A DNA stretch of 64,000 bases from positions 537,479 to 601,478 of the forward strand of contig NMRA01000186.1 of NCBI GenBank assembly GCA_002633005.1. Reading direction: 5' to 3'. Source of the DNA: Phoronis australis (Eukaryota > Animalia > Phoronida). The number at the start of each line of letters is the position of its first letter. The first letter of the stretch is position 1. This document shows positions 63,317 to 64,000 of the stretch, one piece after another. Position numbers and translations under genes: made by a program. The notes beneath the pieces are model-generated. The model ran no database searches. It was not told the origin of the DNA and saw only the letters and a list, made by a program, of their open reading frames with translations.

Positions 63317-63336
63317 GTTGCCATGGTGACTTCCTG
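63317..63336. promoter_or_regulatory. RFX X-box-like site with adjacent ETS-like site
   Basis: GTTGCCATGGTGAC followed by TTCCTG in a locally CpG-rich patch. Confidence 0.45.
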
Positions 63337-64000
63337 TTCCAGTAAGAGAGAATCCTCTTACTAGAAACACATCACCACTATGACAGTGCGCAGATCGGAA
63401 TGGTCAGTCGCCCATTTCCCTCACCTTTGATAGTTATCAAGAATTCTCAGAGAATTTTCTGATTAATTACTGTCCTTCACAACACTTCTACAAACAATAT
63501 TTAGTTACAAAAATGAACTCCCTGTACAAACTATGATGAGTCTTGGATGCCACAAGAGCTCACCACTTGCTAAACCTTGCTGAATCACCCAATTTTTACA
63601 TTAGTTGGTCAGTGTGATACACCTTATGCATATGCAACATGCTACCTTGTGGGCATGTCAGATCTGATCCCACAATGACATATGCAGTCTTTTACTTGAC
63701 CCCAACAAATGGTACCAAGGTCTCCAGTGATGGATATATTCCACACCAAAGTAGTCTATGGCTTCAAACAGTATATATTAAGCCATATCTTTATGTGAAA
63801 ACCACTCTGTCCCAAACAAAAGGATGAGATCAACTTGGTGACAGACAGTGTGGGCTGACGGTATTTCAATTCTTGGTTGTACATACCTATTAAGGCCATA
63901 CAAGGAACCAAGAAACATGACACATCTCTTAAATTTCAGACAATACTTAGAGGGATTTATCAACATCGAGAAGGCTGACATCTGCCACTATAGAGGGTGC

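Noticed and set aside
63225-63330. SECIS, hammerhead or HDV-like ribozyme
   Set aside because: Could not assemble the required cores (no AA loop at the correct spacing, no CUGANGA/GAAA pairing, no P1.1)
63947-64000. Possible last codons of a convergent minus-strand gene (APSIVADVSLLDVDKSL*)
   Set aside because: Too short and cut off by the window edge; no recognisable homology

Overview
AT-rich, intron-rich eukaryotic genomic DNA, most likely a marine invertebrate bilaterian (inference from composition, gene content and repeat types), with three N-gaps. Two divergent spliced protein genes can be reconstructed by hand with consistent exon phases. (1) A minus-strand ceramide-kinase-like gene (CERKL): ATG at 16831, eight phase-consistent exons down to 1366, one GC-AG intron, 3' end running off the left edge. 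(2) A plus-strand 11-exon gene (41574-59995, about 1043 aa) with N-terminal ankyrin repeats, a coiled-coil/low-complexity middle and a C-terminal PEAK1/Pragmin- or PINK1-like pseudokinase (HRD kept, DFG changed to NFG), an architecture I do not recognise. Between them are CpG-richer promoter-like regions and a candidate multi-exon non-coding transcript or long 5'UTR. Introns and intergenic DNA hold many non-autonomous DNA transposons and minisatellites. These include Helentron/DINE-like elements whose ~150-bp internal repeats each carry a CTCF-like motif, 8-bp-TSD MITEs, Kolobok-like and Harbinger-like elements, and tRNA-like cassettes; two tandem repeats multiply splice sites. All calls are by eye, with no database searches.
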